DNA of 63,125 nucleotides, filler included, from Nemertoderma westbladi (Eukaryota; Animalia; Xenacoelomorpha): the NCBI GenBank assembly GCA_032718475.1. It is 3 parts of 3 records of this genome, joined end to end, with 100 filler letters (N's around TTAATTAATTAA, not from the genome) between each part and the next. Parts side by side here need not be neighbours in the genome. Positions count along the whole stretch, not along the records: positions 1 to 21,039 come from JAUCBJ010003002.1; 2 more parts are not named here. One strand, 5' to 3'. The translations under genes were made by a program, and so were the position numbers. Position 1 is the first letter of the stretch. Each line of letters opens with the position of its first letter. Positions 1-12,317 of the stretch are shown here, one piece after another. The notes below the pieces were generated by a model that worked only from the letters and a program-made list of their open reading frames with translations, was not told the DNA's origin and made no database searches.

Positions 1-1127
1 GGGGGGGGTAGCGCATTTTCTGACCAAAAAGACGAATTTTTGAAACATATCCTATCTGATGCAGAATTTCATGCTGAATCCAAATATGGAAACCGTTTTC
101 CCATATCTTGCTTAGTTTTCGAGATATCTGGCATAGAAGATACTGGCTCCGATATATCGCGATATCGGTAAGGCGATGAAGTTTGGGGTTTGCATTCAAT
201 TTCTGCAAATTTCTGTGCCCATTGGTGCCAATTGGATGTCTCCACGAGAAAGAGCACAAAATTTTAATTGAGAAAGTATTTTTTTATGATTATTGGACCT
301 ACTGATCAGTTTATAAGACAACTTCAAGTCTCCGGAATGAAGACGGGACTCGAATAAGCGACTCTGCGGTCTTTGCGGGATTACACGGAATAGACTTATC
401 GGTCATCGGAGATCTTCAAAATGTATAATCTCCAGTTCTAGTGGTCGTACGAAGTTCGTTTTAGGCTCATTCGAAAGCTCTTTTCTTAGAGAACAAAGTT
501 ACCATTTGATTTAAGACAAAATGGTTCTAAAGCAACATAACATGAATTTTGGTAAAATATGCCTTGCAAATTTTGTTCAAGTTATGATTGCTCAGGCAGC
601 TTTCAAGAGTTTGCCAAACCAAATGGTAACTTTGGTCTCTGAGAAAAGAGCTTTCGAATGAGCCCTAAACGAACTCCGTACGACCACTAGAACTGGAGAT
701 TATACATTTTGAAGATCTCCGATGACCGATAAGTCTATTCCGTGTAATCCCGCAAAGACCGCAGAGTCGCTTATTCGAGTCCCGTCTTCATTCCGTAGAC
801 ATGAAGTTGTCTTATAAACTGATCAGTAGGTCCAATAATCATAAAAAAATACCTTCTCAATTAAAATTTTGTGCTCTTTCTCGTGGAGACATCCAATTAG
901 CACCACTGAGCACAGAAATTTGCAGAAATTGAATGCAAACCCCAAACTTTATCGCCTTACCGATATCGCGATATATCGGAGCCAGTCTCTTCTATCCCAG
1001 ATATCTCGAAAAGTAAGCAAGATATAGGAAAACGGTTTCCATATTTGGATTCAGCATGAAATTCTGCATCAGATAGGATATGTTTCAAAAATTCGACTTT
1101 TTGGTCAGAAAATGCGCTACCCCCCCC
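1..1127. mobile_element. Foldback non-autonomous DNA transposon (about 510-bp inverted arms)
   Basis: 1-~510 is a near-perfect reverse complement of ~620-1127. Termini are GGGGGGGGTAGCGC...GCGCTACCCCCCCC, followed by TTAA (1128-1131). The left flank lies outside the window. TTAA target with G-rich ends is compatible with Kolobok or Sola3; not resolved. Confidence 0.85.
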
Positions 1128-1938
1128 TTAATAGGTCGGCCTTTCATTGATAGTTATATGATTAATTTTACATCAGGTGAATATATCCGTATAACAAACC
1201 TCTAGAATATTGAATAATATCAGTATAAGATGTTAAAACATTACGAAGTGATGGAGGTAGCTTGCGAGGCCGCCCCGTGGCCCTTCTACAGTAGCTTTGG
1301 TGATGAAACATAGAAAAAAACAGAATTGGGATGTGAGATTGTTTTTTTGAAGGGGGTGTAATGGAGGGGGGAAGGTCAGTGGTGAATGTCAACCTTTGGC
1401 ACAGCGTGCAACTCAAGATGAATTGAAGTGTTACCCCCTCCCATTCACTATAAGAAATGGCTGGGTACAGTAATCCAAGCTCACTAATCCTGATCCTCTA
1501 ATCCTGTTGGTGAAGTAGTGCAATGTTTCTGTATGTAATCTTGGCTTCAGTAACCACACCCACTGCAGTATAAAGGGACCTACGTACATAAATAAATTTT
1601 TATGGCGCAACAACAAACTAAAAGTAAATTACCATGAACACCTGAAGCAACCTGATGTGTATTTTATGCTACATTTAAGGCATGGATGGATGGTATCACA
1701 CTAACTCTCTAGGACAGTCCATATCTAACGGACATTTATTACACGAAGTGGGGACTTCGCGCAGCACGAAGTTGGCAGAGCCTTAGCGAATTGACACTGT
1801 TAGGGGGTAGGTCAATTTCACTACCGGGTGTAGTGTAGCGCTGGATTTGTGATAGTCTAACATACTGTAAACCTTATTGGAGTTTTGGGTACATGAGTGG
1901 TTTAATTATTATAACTTTGTTGGCCACAGTTTTGCAAA

Positions 1939-1994
1939 GTCGAACTGGTGACCTCCGGGTTGGAAGTCTAACGCTCTAACCATTCAGCTAGCGG
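1939..1994 (-). mobile_element. tRNA-derived SINE head fragment
   Basis: The minus strand reads TAGCTGAATGGTTAGAGCG...AGTTCGAC (A-box and B-box like), but the acceptor stem and 3' end do not close. Confidence 0.5.
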
Positions 1995-2286
1995 TTCAGG
2001 TAAATGGTATACCTGGAAAGGAAATACTACTTGATACTTTGTATGTCCGCAATTTAATTAGCTTTATTAATTTACTTTACTAATTTATTTGCTTCTCAAA
2101 GTAGTTTATCCCAATGCCAAAGTATACATCAAAATGATTATAAATTATATTGCATTTTATATAGAGTGGAAGTTATCGGGAATTAATATACACTACAGAC
2201 AAAACCCAGAAATACATGTTTACTTTAAATTATCAAATCTACCATTTAATAAAATTATATGAACTGAATACTCATAAGAACATAGT

Positions 2287-5200
2287 TTATTCAAATTCGT
2301 TGCAAAGTTCTTCATGACAGCAAGTGATAAGATGGCAATCATTATCTTCATTACAAGCATAACGTTCTATAGCAGAGCAGTCATCCCAATCAACATTTGG
2401 AAACTTGGTCTCAACAATATCTGGTATGCAATATATCATTATTTCATCTTCTACTTTTAAATTCTGAAATAAGAATATTATATTTATTATTGTAGTAATT
2501 GTACCCACAGAATAATAATTTTTCACCCGAATGCAAATTGAACATGTCCATGTAAAGTATATTTATGACAATTCCAACCCGGACAATATCAACACTGATA
2601 AGTCCAACACATGAAATCAATGATAATTGCTGATAGTTACGAATTGTAGTGGAGTACTATTCATGGTTGGAATTTTCCGGTCCAAATAATCTGATTTCGG
2701 AATTGTCTAATTATAATTCGACACTTACAATTATAAAAGTATGAATCACATTAAATATTAATAATTATAGACATATTAATTAATCAAGCATGTTAGGTAT
2801 AAAGCAAAAGTTACAGCGTAGATACTGTAGTATGTACAGGGAGTTTAAGGCAACCGCGACCTAGATCTCTCATATGCATGCAATCAGATATCTGTAGTCA
2901 GATTATCGATTTGTTTCACCTAACACGGGGGGGGGGGGGGGGGGCTTTCTATAGAGGACCACTGGAAAATGACAACATATTTAAGTCCCAAAGTCGAGAC
3001 ATAGAATGGGTAATCAAATGAATAGAAATATCGCAAATTAACCATTGGATGTATAACTACACACCACCTTTTTAATCTGCTTGTTAATAATAATACCAAG
3101 TTTGCGATGGAGGGTAAATACATTTCTAGTATAATACTATAATACTCATTATTGTTCAACCAGGTCACGAATTTTGCCGGGTAGCGGTCCGGAGCCAGGT
3201 AAGGAAAATTGTACCCCGTAGCCGGTCCGGAGCCGGACCGTGTCTGTAAAGTGGCCTTACAGCCCACAGCCTTATGTCATGCAAACTGTCATGTAGGTTC
3301 TGTACAGACAGACAGAGCAGCAGAGGTTAGTTAGGTACCGTAACTTACTAACTTAGGTCACTAGGTAGGCCTACACCGGACCGGTGCTGTCCTACTGCCA
3401 GACTGATGGGGACTGTCTGACTGCTGTAAACTCTAAAACAGGTACTGCATACCAGCATACACGGTGATGGAGGTACTGCATTTCTTGCATACCAGGCAGC
3501 CAGGACAGCAGGACCAGCATACACGGTGATGGACCGTGTCTGTAAAGTGGCCTTACAGCCCACAGCCTTATGTCATGCAAACTGTCATGTAGGTTCTGTA
3601 CAGACAGACAGAGCAGCAGAGGTTAGTTAGGTACCGTAACTTACTAACTTAGGTCACTAGGTAGGCCTACACCGGACCGGTGCTGCTGTCCTACTGCCAG
3701 ACTGATGGGGACTGTCTGACTGCTGTAAACTCTAAAACAGGTACTGCATACCAGCATACACGGTGATGGAGGTACTGCATTTCTTGCATACCAGGCAGCC
3801 AGGACAGCAGGACCAGCATACACGGTGATGGAGGTACTGCATACCAGCATACACGGTGACGGAGGTACTGCATTTACTATGCATACTAGCATACATGGTG
3901 ACGGTACAGTACATGCAATTCATACATATTTCCCGATTTCTTAATTTTTTGCTTTGCAGGACATGTAACTTTTTACCAGAGAGTCATTCCAGCCAAAATC
4001 GACAAATGTCGGTGGCACTATCTCTGAGATTTGGTTCAAAATTATTTTATATGTTGCAAATAATGTTAATATAAATCGCTGAAAATTTTAGTTGATTTTA
4101 ATTATTAGATCAGAAGTTATGGCTGGTCAAAGTTGGAAATTCCAGAAATTCAGTCCAAATTAAATTCAAATTATTTATGGTCTACATGCCGGGACATTGC
4201 TAAAAACAAGTTTATAGTAAACATGGATAGCATTTTAAATAGTATACAAAGAATTACGACTTGCCCAATTTGTAGACCAAGAAGTAAAGCACTTTGAATT
4301 TGGTAAAAAATTAGTGAAAATTTCAAAATAAGACAAATTTAAAACCTTAATTTAAACAGCCCACATCGAAATAAAATAAAAACAATGGTTTGAATTTATA
4401 ATTTAACGTGTCATTTGTACTTCTAGTCAGTTATTTTTTCTAAAACAGAAAAAAATGTTGTCGCTAGTTCAGTTTAAAAAGTACGAAATCAGCGAAAATT
4501 ACAAAAATTAAAAATGGTCTACAAAATATTTAAGCGTTGAAAAACTCAAAACTAACTCCTTATACAAATATAAATTAATCCTGAAAATTTGAAGTTTGGC
4601 CCATTATTAGTTCTTTTGTAATTTAAGAATTAATTTTAGCAGAAACTAACCGAATTTAATCTCTTAAGATATCTTTGTAAGACTTGGTGGTTTGTCGGCA
4701 TGTTGCAGCTCAAAGGTAACTGGGCTAGTGATTGGCAGGGACTAACAACAGCGGGATGCCTATAGGGTAGGTATAGTAGAGCTGCCGTCTCTCTCTCTAT
4801 GCAGAGTAGGCCAACTCAAGTTATATGGGAGAATGGTGGTATGGCTTTCCTCAATGGGACATAGACCAAGTCCTGGTTTAGCTTGGTCAAGCTTACATGT
4901 TTGTAACTTTATTTCGGAAATTTATTTACAGTTAATAAACAATTTAGAATAAAGACTATTATAAGAAGAATTAATACATACAGAATTAACTTTGGAAACA
5001 TATACTCATATGTAACACAGCATTATTACAGTTCAATAAACTTTGGTATACAAACAGACACGTTGTGGGTACCAGTAGTCCCGCTAATATACACTGAGGA
5101 GATCGAAGTAACGCAAATGTTAAAAATCCGAGTACTGTAGTTACAGAATTACAGTATGTCAATAAGAAAAAGTAGTGCAGTCATTGTGATAATATTAATT

Positions 5201-8200
5201 GCTGGTTGATTATTTTGAAATTAAATTATACCAATGTAATATTGAATGTAATACTTGTGAAATATTTTGTATTAATATTTAATAAATAATTAGTACCTCA
5301 AGATCTCAAAGCCATAACTTTGTGAATGAAGTGTGACAGATTCATTATTGTTTTCCTGTTAGCAGACCTGTAATAGACTAAATAATGGTTCTGCTTGCTC
5401 GCCCCAGTGGCGTATTTAGGATTTGATGAGGGGGGGGGGGGGGGGGGGGGGGCAGAGATTGACCGCGTGGGCAAGGAGCAAGATAGACTCAGGGACTCAG
5501 CTTGAAAGCGGTGTGCTAAAATGCACAATGAACAACAACGAGAAACAATGAGCAACAACGAGCAACAATGAGCAGCAACGAGCAACAACGAGCAACAATG
5601 AGCAACAACGAGCAACAATGACCAACAACGAGCAACAATGAGCAACAAGGAGCAACAATGAGCTCCAACGAGCAACAATTAGCAACAATGAGCAACAACG
5701 AGCAAGAATGACCAACAACGAGCAACAACGAACAACAACGAGCAACAACGAGCAACAGCGAGCGAAGTTGTTGTACTTTATTATTTCTCGTTGTTGCTCG
5801 TTGTTGCTCATTGTTTCTCATTGTTGGTCGTTGTTGGTCATTGTTGCTTGTTGTGCATTTTAGCACCTACCCTTGAAATCATTAAACCCACATCACTGTT
5901 AATAGGTAGCTGAATAATTCAGTAGAGAGTAAGCAAATTAAAGTGCCTCTAGTGTCAGACATAATATCGCCATTAACAATGTAACCAGGCTTACAGGTTA
6001 AAGAATCTCGTGGTCCTACATGTGTTAGACTTCTGTCGCGACATTGATGTTGTTTCAAGGGGTTAGGCGCGCCATGTATACCTATACTCCTACTGACTAC
6101 CTACACACCACGTGCTCCCTGCTTGGTAGCTTGGACATGGTCTGTCTCCAATGCAATACAATGGAGATAACGGTCCCACTGGCTCCTTTCTAAGAATTTT
6201 CAGGCCATTTCTGAAAATTGTTCAAATGTGCCTTTGGGCCATCAAAAGGACCTCTCTATTAACCTATATATATTATTAACCTATCAGAAACCGTTATCCT
6301 GCTCACTTGTTAAATGGAGGCTCAAATCCATATCTTGTCACATTTTGGATATTGTCATTCTACTTATTACTATAATATTCTACTTGTTCTTTTTGCCAAT
6401 TAATATTCTACACGTTTATAGTTTTCACCAAATATTCTACTGTTTAAAAAGCGTATACACTATACAGTCCATACACACGATCTGACGTTATCAATTATTA
6501 TACATTATTGTAATATTATAATGGAAGATTATATGTGTTCAATTGGAAGAGCGTTGAAGAAGTCCTGCAGAAACGACGCTCTAATGAAGACAGGAAGTAA
6601 GAATTGGACAACAAGGCCGGTGAAGGTTGACGATCAGGCCGTTTTAGCCAGCAGGACTGGTCTAAGTATTGATGAGGTTCAGATCATATGTACTCACCAC
6701 GAACTGACATACATGAAACATTTTTCAAATCTAGAAAGAAAGTGCTGTGATCCTTTCCAGAAGCACAAGAAACCTGTAACGAAGTGTCTCTTGGTGATAG
6801 GTATTGATGATGTGAAGCTGGCCAAGAGAATTCAACCATCCCTTAATATTATCCCGGGTAAGAAGGTTTGTCGCAGGTGTCGCAGTGATCTCAAATCGAA
6901 TACACAGAATACACTGCTAATTAATTCATCTGTGTTTGGTCAACGACGACGAAGTTGTCTTAACGAAGCAAAATCCGCATCTGCATATAGAGAATCTGAA
7001 TCTGAATGTGAAGATATAGATGATGGGAGCTCCTGTTCCGAATTTGAAGCGGAGACTCCAAAGGGCAATGCCGAAATGTTGGTGAGTCTTAATAAGTCGC
7101 TAGAAATGCTTGATCAAACACCAATGAAAGTAGGAAAGAGAGCGCGTGAGCAACTGAAAAGAAAACTTATAAACAAAGCTAATACTGCTAAGAAACGTAT
7201 ATTACAGAAAGGGGCGATTTCGCTTGGAGTTCCAGTTTCCGACAGTGACCTTGATGATGAATCTGCGATGGCTAAGTCTATGAGAGATTTGGTAATGTTA
7301 ATCAAGGGGAAGGTTACCACATTATCAGACTGCAACGAAAAGGTTCGACTTTTAACCCTAGCACCGTTTCATTGGAGTATTGAAAAGACAGCTCAAGAGT
7401 TTGGTGTATCAATTTACATTGCCCGAGAATCAAAAATAATTCAAAAAGAAGGTGGGCTGTTGGAAACGCGAACTGAATACAAATCAAGGGGAAACGCATT
7501 GACCAAAGAAGTAAAGGAAAATGTCCAGAAGTTCTATTGCAGTGATGATATTGGAAGAATGTGCCCTGGGAAGAAAGATGTGGTTACTGTGAAAACCGAC
7601 TCAGGCAAAATTAAAATACAGAAACGGCTCTTATTGGGAAATTTGAAAGAAATTTACTGTTTGTGGAAGGAAACGAATCCACTTAAGGCAATCGGATTTT
7701 CCACATTTGCATTACTTCGACCTCCTCAGTGTATATTAGCCGGAGCTACTGGTACCCACAACGTGTGTGTTTGTATGCACCACCAAAATCCAAAACTTAA
7801 AGTCGCCGCACTGAAGGTAAAACAACTGGATTATAAGGTGTTAATGGACAAGGCAGTATGCGACCTCGGCAGCTCAACGTGTGCTTTATCTGAGTGTGAC
7901 AATTGCCCTGGAGTTTCAGGCGTTGTAGAGTTTTTAACAAAGACTGTTGAAAATGAAGAACTAGAAGGTACTGAGGTTAATTTTAAGCAGTGGGGTTCGG
8001 GAGGGGATCGAGCAACCTTACAGAGTTTAACTGAGCCGATTTCAGAATTTGTTGAATCACTAGCCAACGATATTGTGAAGCTTATTCCTCACCATTATGT
8101 GTCAAAATCTCAATCGGAATATTTGAAAGCACTTAAACAAAATCTTGGGGAGAATGAATTAATTGTTTTAATGGATTTTGCCGAAAATTACTCGTTCATT

Positions 8201-11200
8201 GTTCAAGACGAAATACAGAGTTATCATTGGACAAACGATTCTGTAACTCTTCATCCCATAGTTGTCTATTATAAGGTCGAAATTACTCATACTGACGGGA
8301 CTATGTCAAGTGAACTTAAATGTGAGAGCTATTGCGTGATTTCTGATACAAAAGTTCACACTTCTCCTGCTATTTACCTTTTCCTGCAGAAACTGATTCC
8401 TCAATTGAAAGATAAACACCCCACTACGACAAAGATCCACTACTTTACAGACGGTGCTGGAGGACAGTATAAAAACAGGTTAATAATAATAATAATTTAA
8501 TTTAACTTAATTTAACCTCATAATTTAACCAAATTGTACGGAGTTGGACTTGATCAGATAGGGGGGATACTTGACGCAATCAAAAATCAACCCTCTCCAG
8601 AGGAAAATCTAATTTAAATAACAGCTGATAACGGCTAAAATGAAATTGTAACCTGTGCTATTGACTGCCGTTTATTGTTTTGGTTTTAATGACTGTTAGT
8701 TATGATTTATTTGTTTTTGTAAGTTCTAGTAATTTAACTTAACTAATTTTACTTTAAAATATTCTTATTTTCTGTCACTGTTATTTACTGTCATTTTCTT
8801 ATGTTCTACTAGCAAATGTCATGGGTGATAGGGAGTTGTGGCGGCGCAATTTTGTCGACAAGCCGACACAGCATTCTTAAAAATGCAGCTGCAATGCAGC
8901 ATGCCGATCCTAGTAGTAGTAGTAGTAGTATAGTATTTTCTGTTAATATTTTAGGTTTAACTTCTTAAACTTAATGTACCACCAGAGCGACCATGGCATC
9001 GAGGGTGTCTGGAACTTTTTCGGTACTTCCCACGGTAAGAGCCCTTGCGACGGAATAGGGGGAACCATCAAACGTGTCGTTGCAAAACTCAGTCTTCAGA
9101 GGCCAATTTCGAACCAAATACTAAATGCGAGCAACTTTTATGAAACAGCCAAAGAAAATATCAAAGGGATTGTGTTAGTAATAATTTAATATTTATTTGT
9201 AATAAATTTAAATCTGAATATGTAGTGATGGGTAATAATCTACGCTTAATATACGGACATTACTGAATCTATATACCTACACAATTGTTGGTTGTAAACG
9301 TTAAGCAGACACTGGTGCAGTCACCTGGTGCAGACAGTGGTGCAGACACCTGGTGCAGACAGTGGTGCAGAAACCTTGTGCAGACACTGGTGCAGACAGT
9401 GGTGCAGAAACCTTGTGCAGACACTGGTGTTGACACCTGGTGCAAGCAGACACATGGTGCAGACATTGGTGCAGACACTGCACACTGGGGCATATACTGG
9501 TGCAGGCAGACACTGAAAATACTGAAATACAAGAGCGCACGCCACAAATCACAAAACCGCCAAGCACTATTATATTATATTTTTTCATAGACTTTATTAT
9601 CTAAAAATATGCGAGTAACTACTACTGAAAGGTTCTACATGAAGTAGGGAGGTAGTAGTACAAGTCGGGGTGCGTGGGGGGTGAATGTGCCCGATTACAA
9701 ATAGTTATAAGTGGTGTGTACGAAAGTAATTAATCGGTATTCCTGTTTTCATATAAACAATAATGTCTACAAACTGTGAGCTGCATTAGCAATGTCTCCA
9801 AGGAATGAGGCTTAAGCGAAAGGGTTTGATTGTTTTTATACATGACCTACTTTAGACAGAGTATGTGGGGCGAGCCACGAGGTGAGCGAAGCCTTACCAT
9901 GTTGGTGCCATTGGCGAGTTGTCTGTCGTTGTCGTCGTCGTCTGTCGTAAATTTTTGATCGCTAATAACTCCGTTATTCCTTGATGATTCATAGTTCATA
10001 ATTCATTTCGTTTATTGTTTTGGTTATAATAACGTGTCACTCTTAACGCACGCGTGGGATATTATTACACTGTATACCATGTCTGTTTTGAAAATACAGT
10101 TTGTTCTGGGCGCCAGGTGTCTTCACAAGGTGTCTGCACCAGGTGTCTGCTTAACGTTTACACCAACAATAGTTCTAGTCCATCGTTACCCATAATATAA
10201 ATATAGCTTTATTTAGTTTTGACATGGAACCCCCCCGCCCCGCACCCCGCATTTTTCTACAAATCGTTATCAAATTGCTTGAAGTTTGAAAGACAACTAT
10301 TTCCACGTCCTTTTTGATTGGCCCCTTTAATTAACAAAATAATGTTTAATGTTTCAGGTTTATTTGGGTATCCAATGAAGAAATTGAAAAAACTGAGATG
10401 GAATTAGAAAGTGGCAGGTATCAGACAGCACAACCAATTCCAGGTACTCGTAGCTTCCATTGCTTCAGCGTTACTCCAGAGTCTCAGCTACAATGTAAAA
10501 TTACTTCAGACTCAACAAGAAGTAATTACTTCAATATGACAACTGGAACTGGTTGTTTAACCGTGTCGACCGGTCAGTGGGTTTTGGTCAAATATGACGA
10601 CGAGAACTACCCCGGGAAAGTCCTGGAAACCGACAGCACCCACGTGAAAGTGACAACAATGATTCGGAGTGGACCGTGGTATTACCGCTGGCCAAATCAT
10701 GATGACACATTAAAATATCTTTGTGAAGATATTTTAATGGTCCTCAAGGAACCTTGCCCTATTGGAAAGCGTGGTCAGTTCCAATTTAGTGAACTGTAAT
10801 AATGCTGTGTTACATATGACTATGTTTCTAAAGTTAATTGATTATGTATTAATTATTCTAATAATAGTCTTTATTCACTAGTATTTATTTACTTTAGTAT
10901 TTCACTTTATTCTTTATTGGCTGTACATAAATTTCCGAAATAAAGTTACAAACATGTAAGCATGACCAGAAATGAGTTATTGAGATATTCGTTAACGAAA
11001 TGAGTTAAAAAGCCTTCCTTTCATTAATTTGTTATAATAAATATGAAATGTAAACATAGGATGACCAAGCTAAACCAGGACTTGGTCTATGTCCCATTGA
11101 GGAAAGCCATACCCCATTCTCCCATATAACTTGAGTTGGCCTACTCTGCATAGAGAGAGAGACGGCAGCTCTACTATACCTACCCTATAGGCATCCCGCT

Positions 11201-12317
11201 GTTGTTAGTCCCTGCCAATCACTAGCCCAGTTACCTTTGAGCTGCAACATGCCGACAAACCACCAAGTCTTACAAAGATATCTTAAGAGATTAAATTCGG
11301 TTAGTTTCTGCTAAAATTAATTCTTAAATTACAAAAGAACTAATAATGGGCCAAACTTCAAATTTTCAGGATTAATTTATATTTGTATAAGGAGTTAGTT
11401 TTGAGTTTTTCAACGCTTAAATATTTTGTAGACCATTTTTAATTTTTGTAATTTTCGCTGATTTCGTACTTTTTAAACTGAACTAGCGACAACATTTTTT
11501 TCTGTTTTAGAAAAAATAACTGACTAGAAGTACAAATGACACGTTAAATTATAAATTCAAACCATTGTTTTTATTTTATTTCGATGTGGGCTGTTTAAAT
11601 TAAGGTTTTAAATTTGTCTTATTTTGAAATTTTCACTAATTTTTTACCAAATTCAAAGTGCTTTACTTCTTGGTCTACAAATTGGGCAAGTCGTAATTCT
11701 TTGTATACTATTTAAAATGCTATCCATGTTTACTATAAACTTGTTTTTAGCAATGTCCCGGCATGTAGACCATAAATAATTTGAATTTAATTTGGACTGA
11801 ATTTCTGGAATTTCCAACTTTGACCAGCCATAACTTCTGATCTAATAATTAAAATCAACTAAAATTTTCAGCGATTTATATTAACATTATTTGCAACATA
11901 TAAAATAATTTTGAACCAAATCTCAGAGATAGTGCCACCGACATTTGTCGATTTTGGCTGGAATGACTCCAGAGCTCGCTCCGGCAACTATTTTACCAGG
12001 GCCGGTCCAGAGCCGGACAGGGCAACCCCGGCCCGGAGCCGGTGCTCTGGTTGAACAATAATACTGATAGGGGGGAGGGGGGATGGAATATTCAACCCCA
12101 TCCAGAGGATAACAGCTTATTACTTCCAAAATTAAAAGTGGCATATTAACCCTAGCCCATCCATACCCCTTCCGTGCTAGTTATGAAGTGTACTGTGCTC
12201 GCTTACCGCGCAAAATCGGCAATTTTCTGTAACATTTGTATGTCCAGGACTCCCATGGTAGCAACTCAAACTAAATCCAACTACAACAAATGATGCAAAT
12301 ACCAACAATTTCAACAT
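2287..12317 (-). CDS. Secreted Ly6/uPAR (three-finger)-like protein, 95 aa; exons 12317-12207 and 2463-2287
   Basis: Exon 1 encodes a hydrophobic signal peptide plus LSCY...CRFCA and ends at a GTAAGC donor. Exon 2 starts after TTATTTCAG in the same phase (0) and ends CCHEELCN-EFE-stop. The joined protein has 10 Cys and the CCxxxxCN terminus typical of LU/three-finger domains. AATAAA lies downstream at ~2063-2068. Confidence 0.72.
3235..3829. repeat. Tandem duplication of a 296-bp unit
   Basis: GGACCGTGTCTGTAAAG starts at 3235 and again at 3531; the two copies are near-identical (a 3-bp indel). Confidence 0.9.
5508..5871. mobile_element. Palindromic MITE built of 10-bp CAACAAYGAG repeats
   Basis: Arms GTGCTAAAATGCACAA / TTGTGCATTTTAGCAC; the decamer repeats switch strand at ~5765; flanked by the direct repeat CTTGAAA (5501-5507 and 5872-5878). 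Confidence 0.7.
6521..10799 (+). CDS. Sola2 transposase, 872 aa; exons 6521-8478, 8955-9173, 10358-10799
   Basis: GT-AG introns (both phase 2) join the ORFs in frame. Motifs: MDFAENY, DEIQSYHW, FTDGAGGQYKNR|FNFLNL, WNFFGTSHGKSPCDGIGG, IPGTRSFH. There is an N-terminal Cys/His cluster and a C-terminal GQWVLVKYDDENYPG module. No stops in the joined frame. Confidence 0.85.
8809..8929 (+). mobile_element. 3' tip of RTE LINE in transposase intron 1
   Basis: Near-identical to 18187-18295 and 55608-55739; ends in a (TAG)n tail. Confidence 0.8.
9223..10197. mobile_element. hAT-like MITE with inner inverted repeat and 12-13-bp GGTGCAGACA repeats, in transposase intron 2
   Basis: Termini TAGTGATGGGTAA / TTACCCATAATA. 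Degenerate 8-bp TSD TGAATATG / TAAATATA. Inner IR ATTGTTGG(T)TGTAAACGTTAAGCAGACAC at 9284 is mirrored ending at 10170. Confidence 0.55.

Larger units (their letters stand above)
3981..11969 (+). mobile_element. Sola2 DNA transposon, apparently autonomous
   Basis: GAG...CTC termini. TIRs of about 910 bp are nearly identical (3981-~4889 vs ~11062-11969). 4-bp TSD CAGA at 3977-3980 and 11970-11973. Encodes a spliced DDD-type transposase. Confidence 0.88.
3147..12066. mobile_element. Small non-autonomous TIR element interrupted by the Sola2 insertion
   Basis: TTATTGTTCAACCAG at ~3149-3163 and its inverse CTGGTTGAACAATAA at ~12047-12061. GC-rich CCGG subterminal motifs occur on both sides of the Sola2 element. 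Exact ends and TSD are ambiguous. Confidence 0.55.

Noticed and set aside
1939-1994. Functional tRNA gene (also 14497-14575)
   Set aside because: Only A/B boxes are recognisable; the stems do not close.
2521-2685. Alternative first exon for the Ly6 gene
   Set aside because: No frame gives an ATG-led signal peptide ending at a usable donor; the region looks like a small inverted-repeat remnant.
5298-5866. Cys/Leu-rich or Asn/Gln-rich ORFs
   Set aside because: Translations of the decamer repeat in the palindromic MITE.
9269-9590. Overlapping repetitive ORFs
   Set aside because: Products of the 12-13-bp repeat inside a transposase intron.
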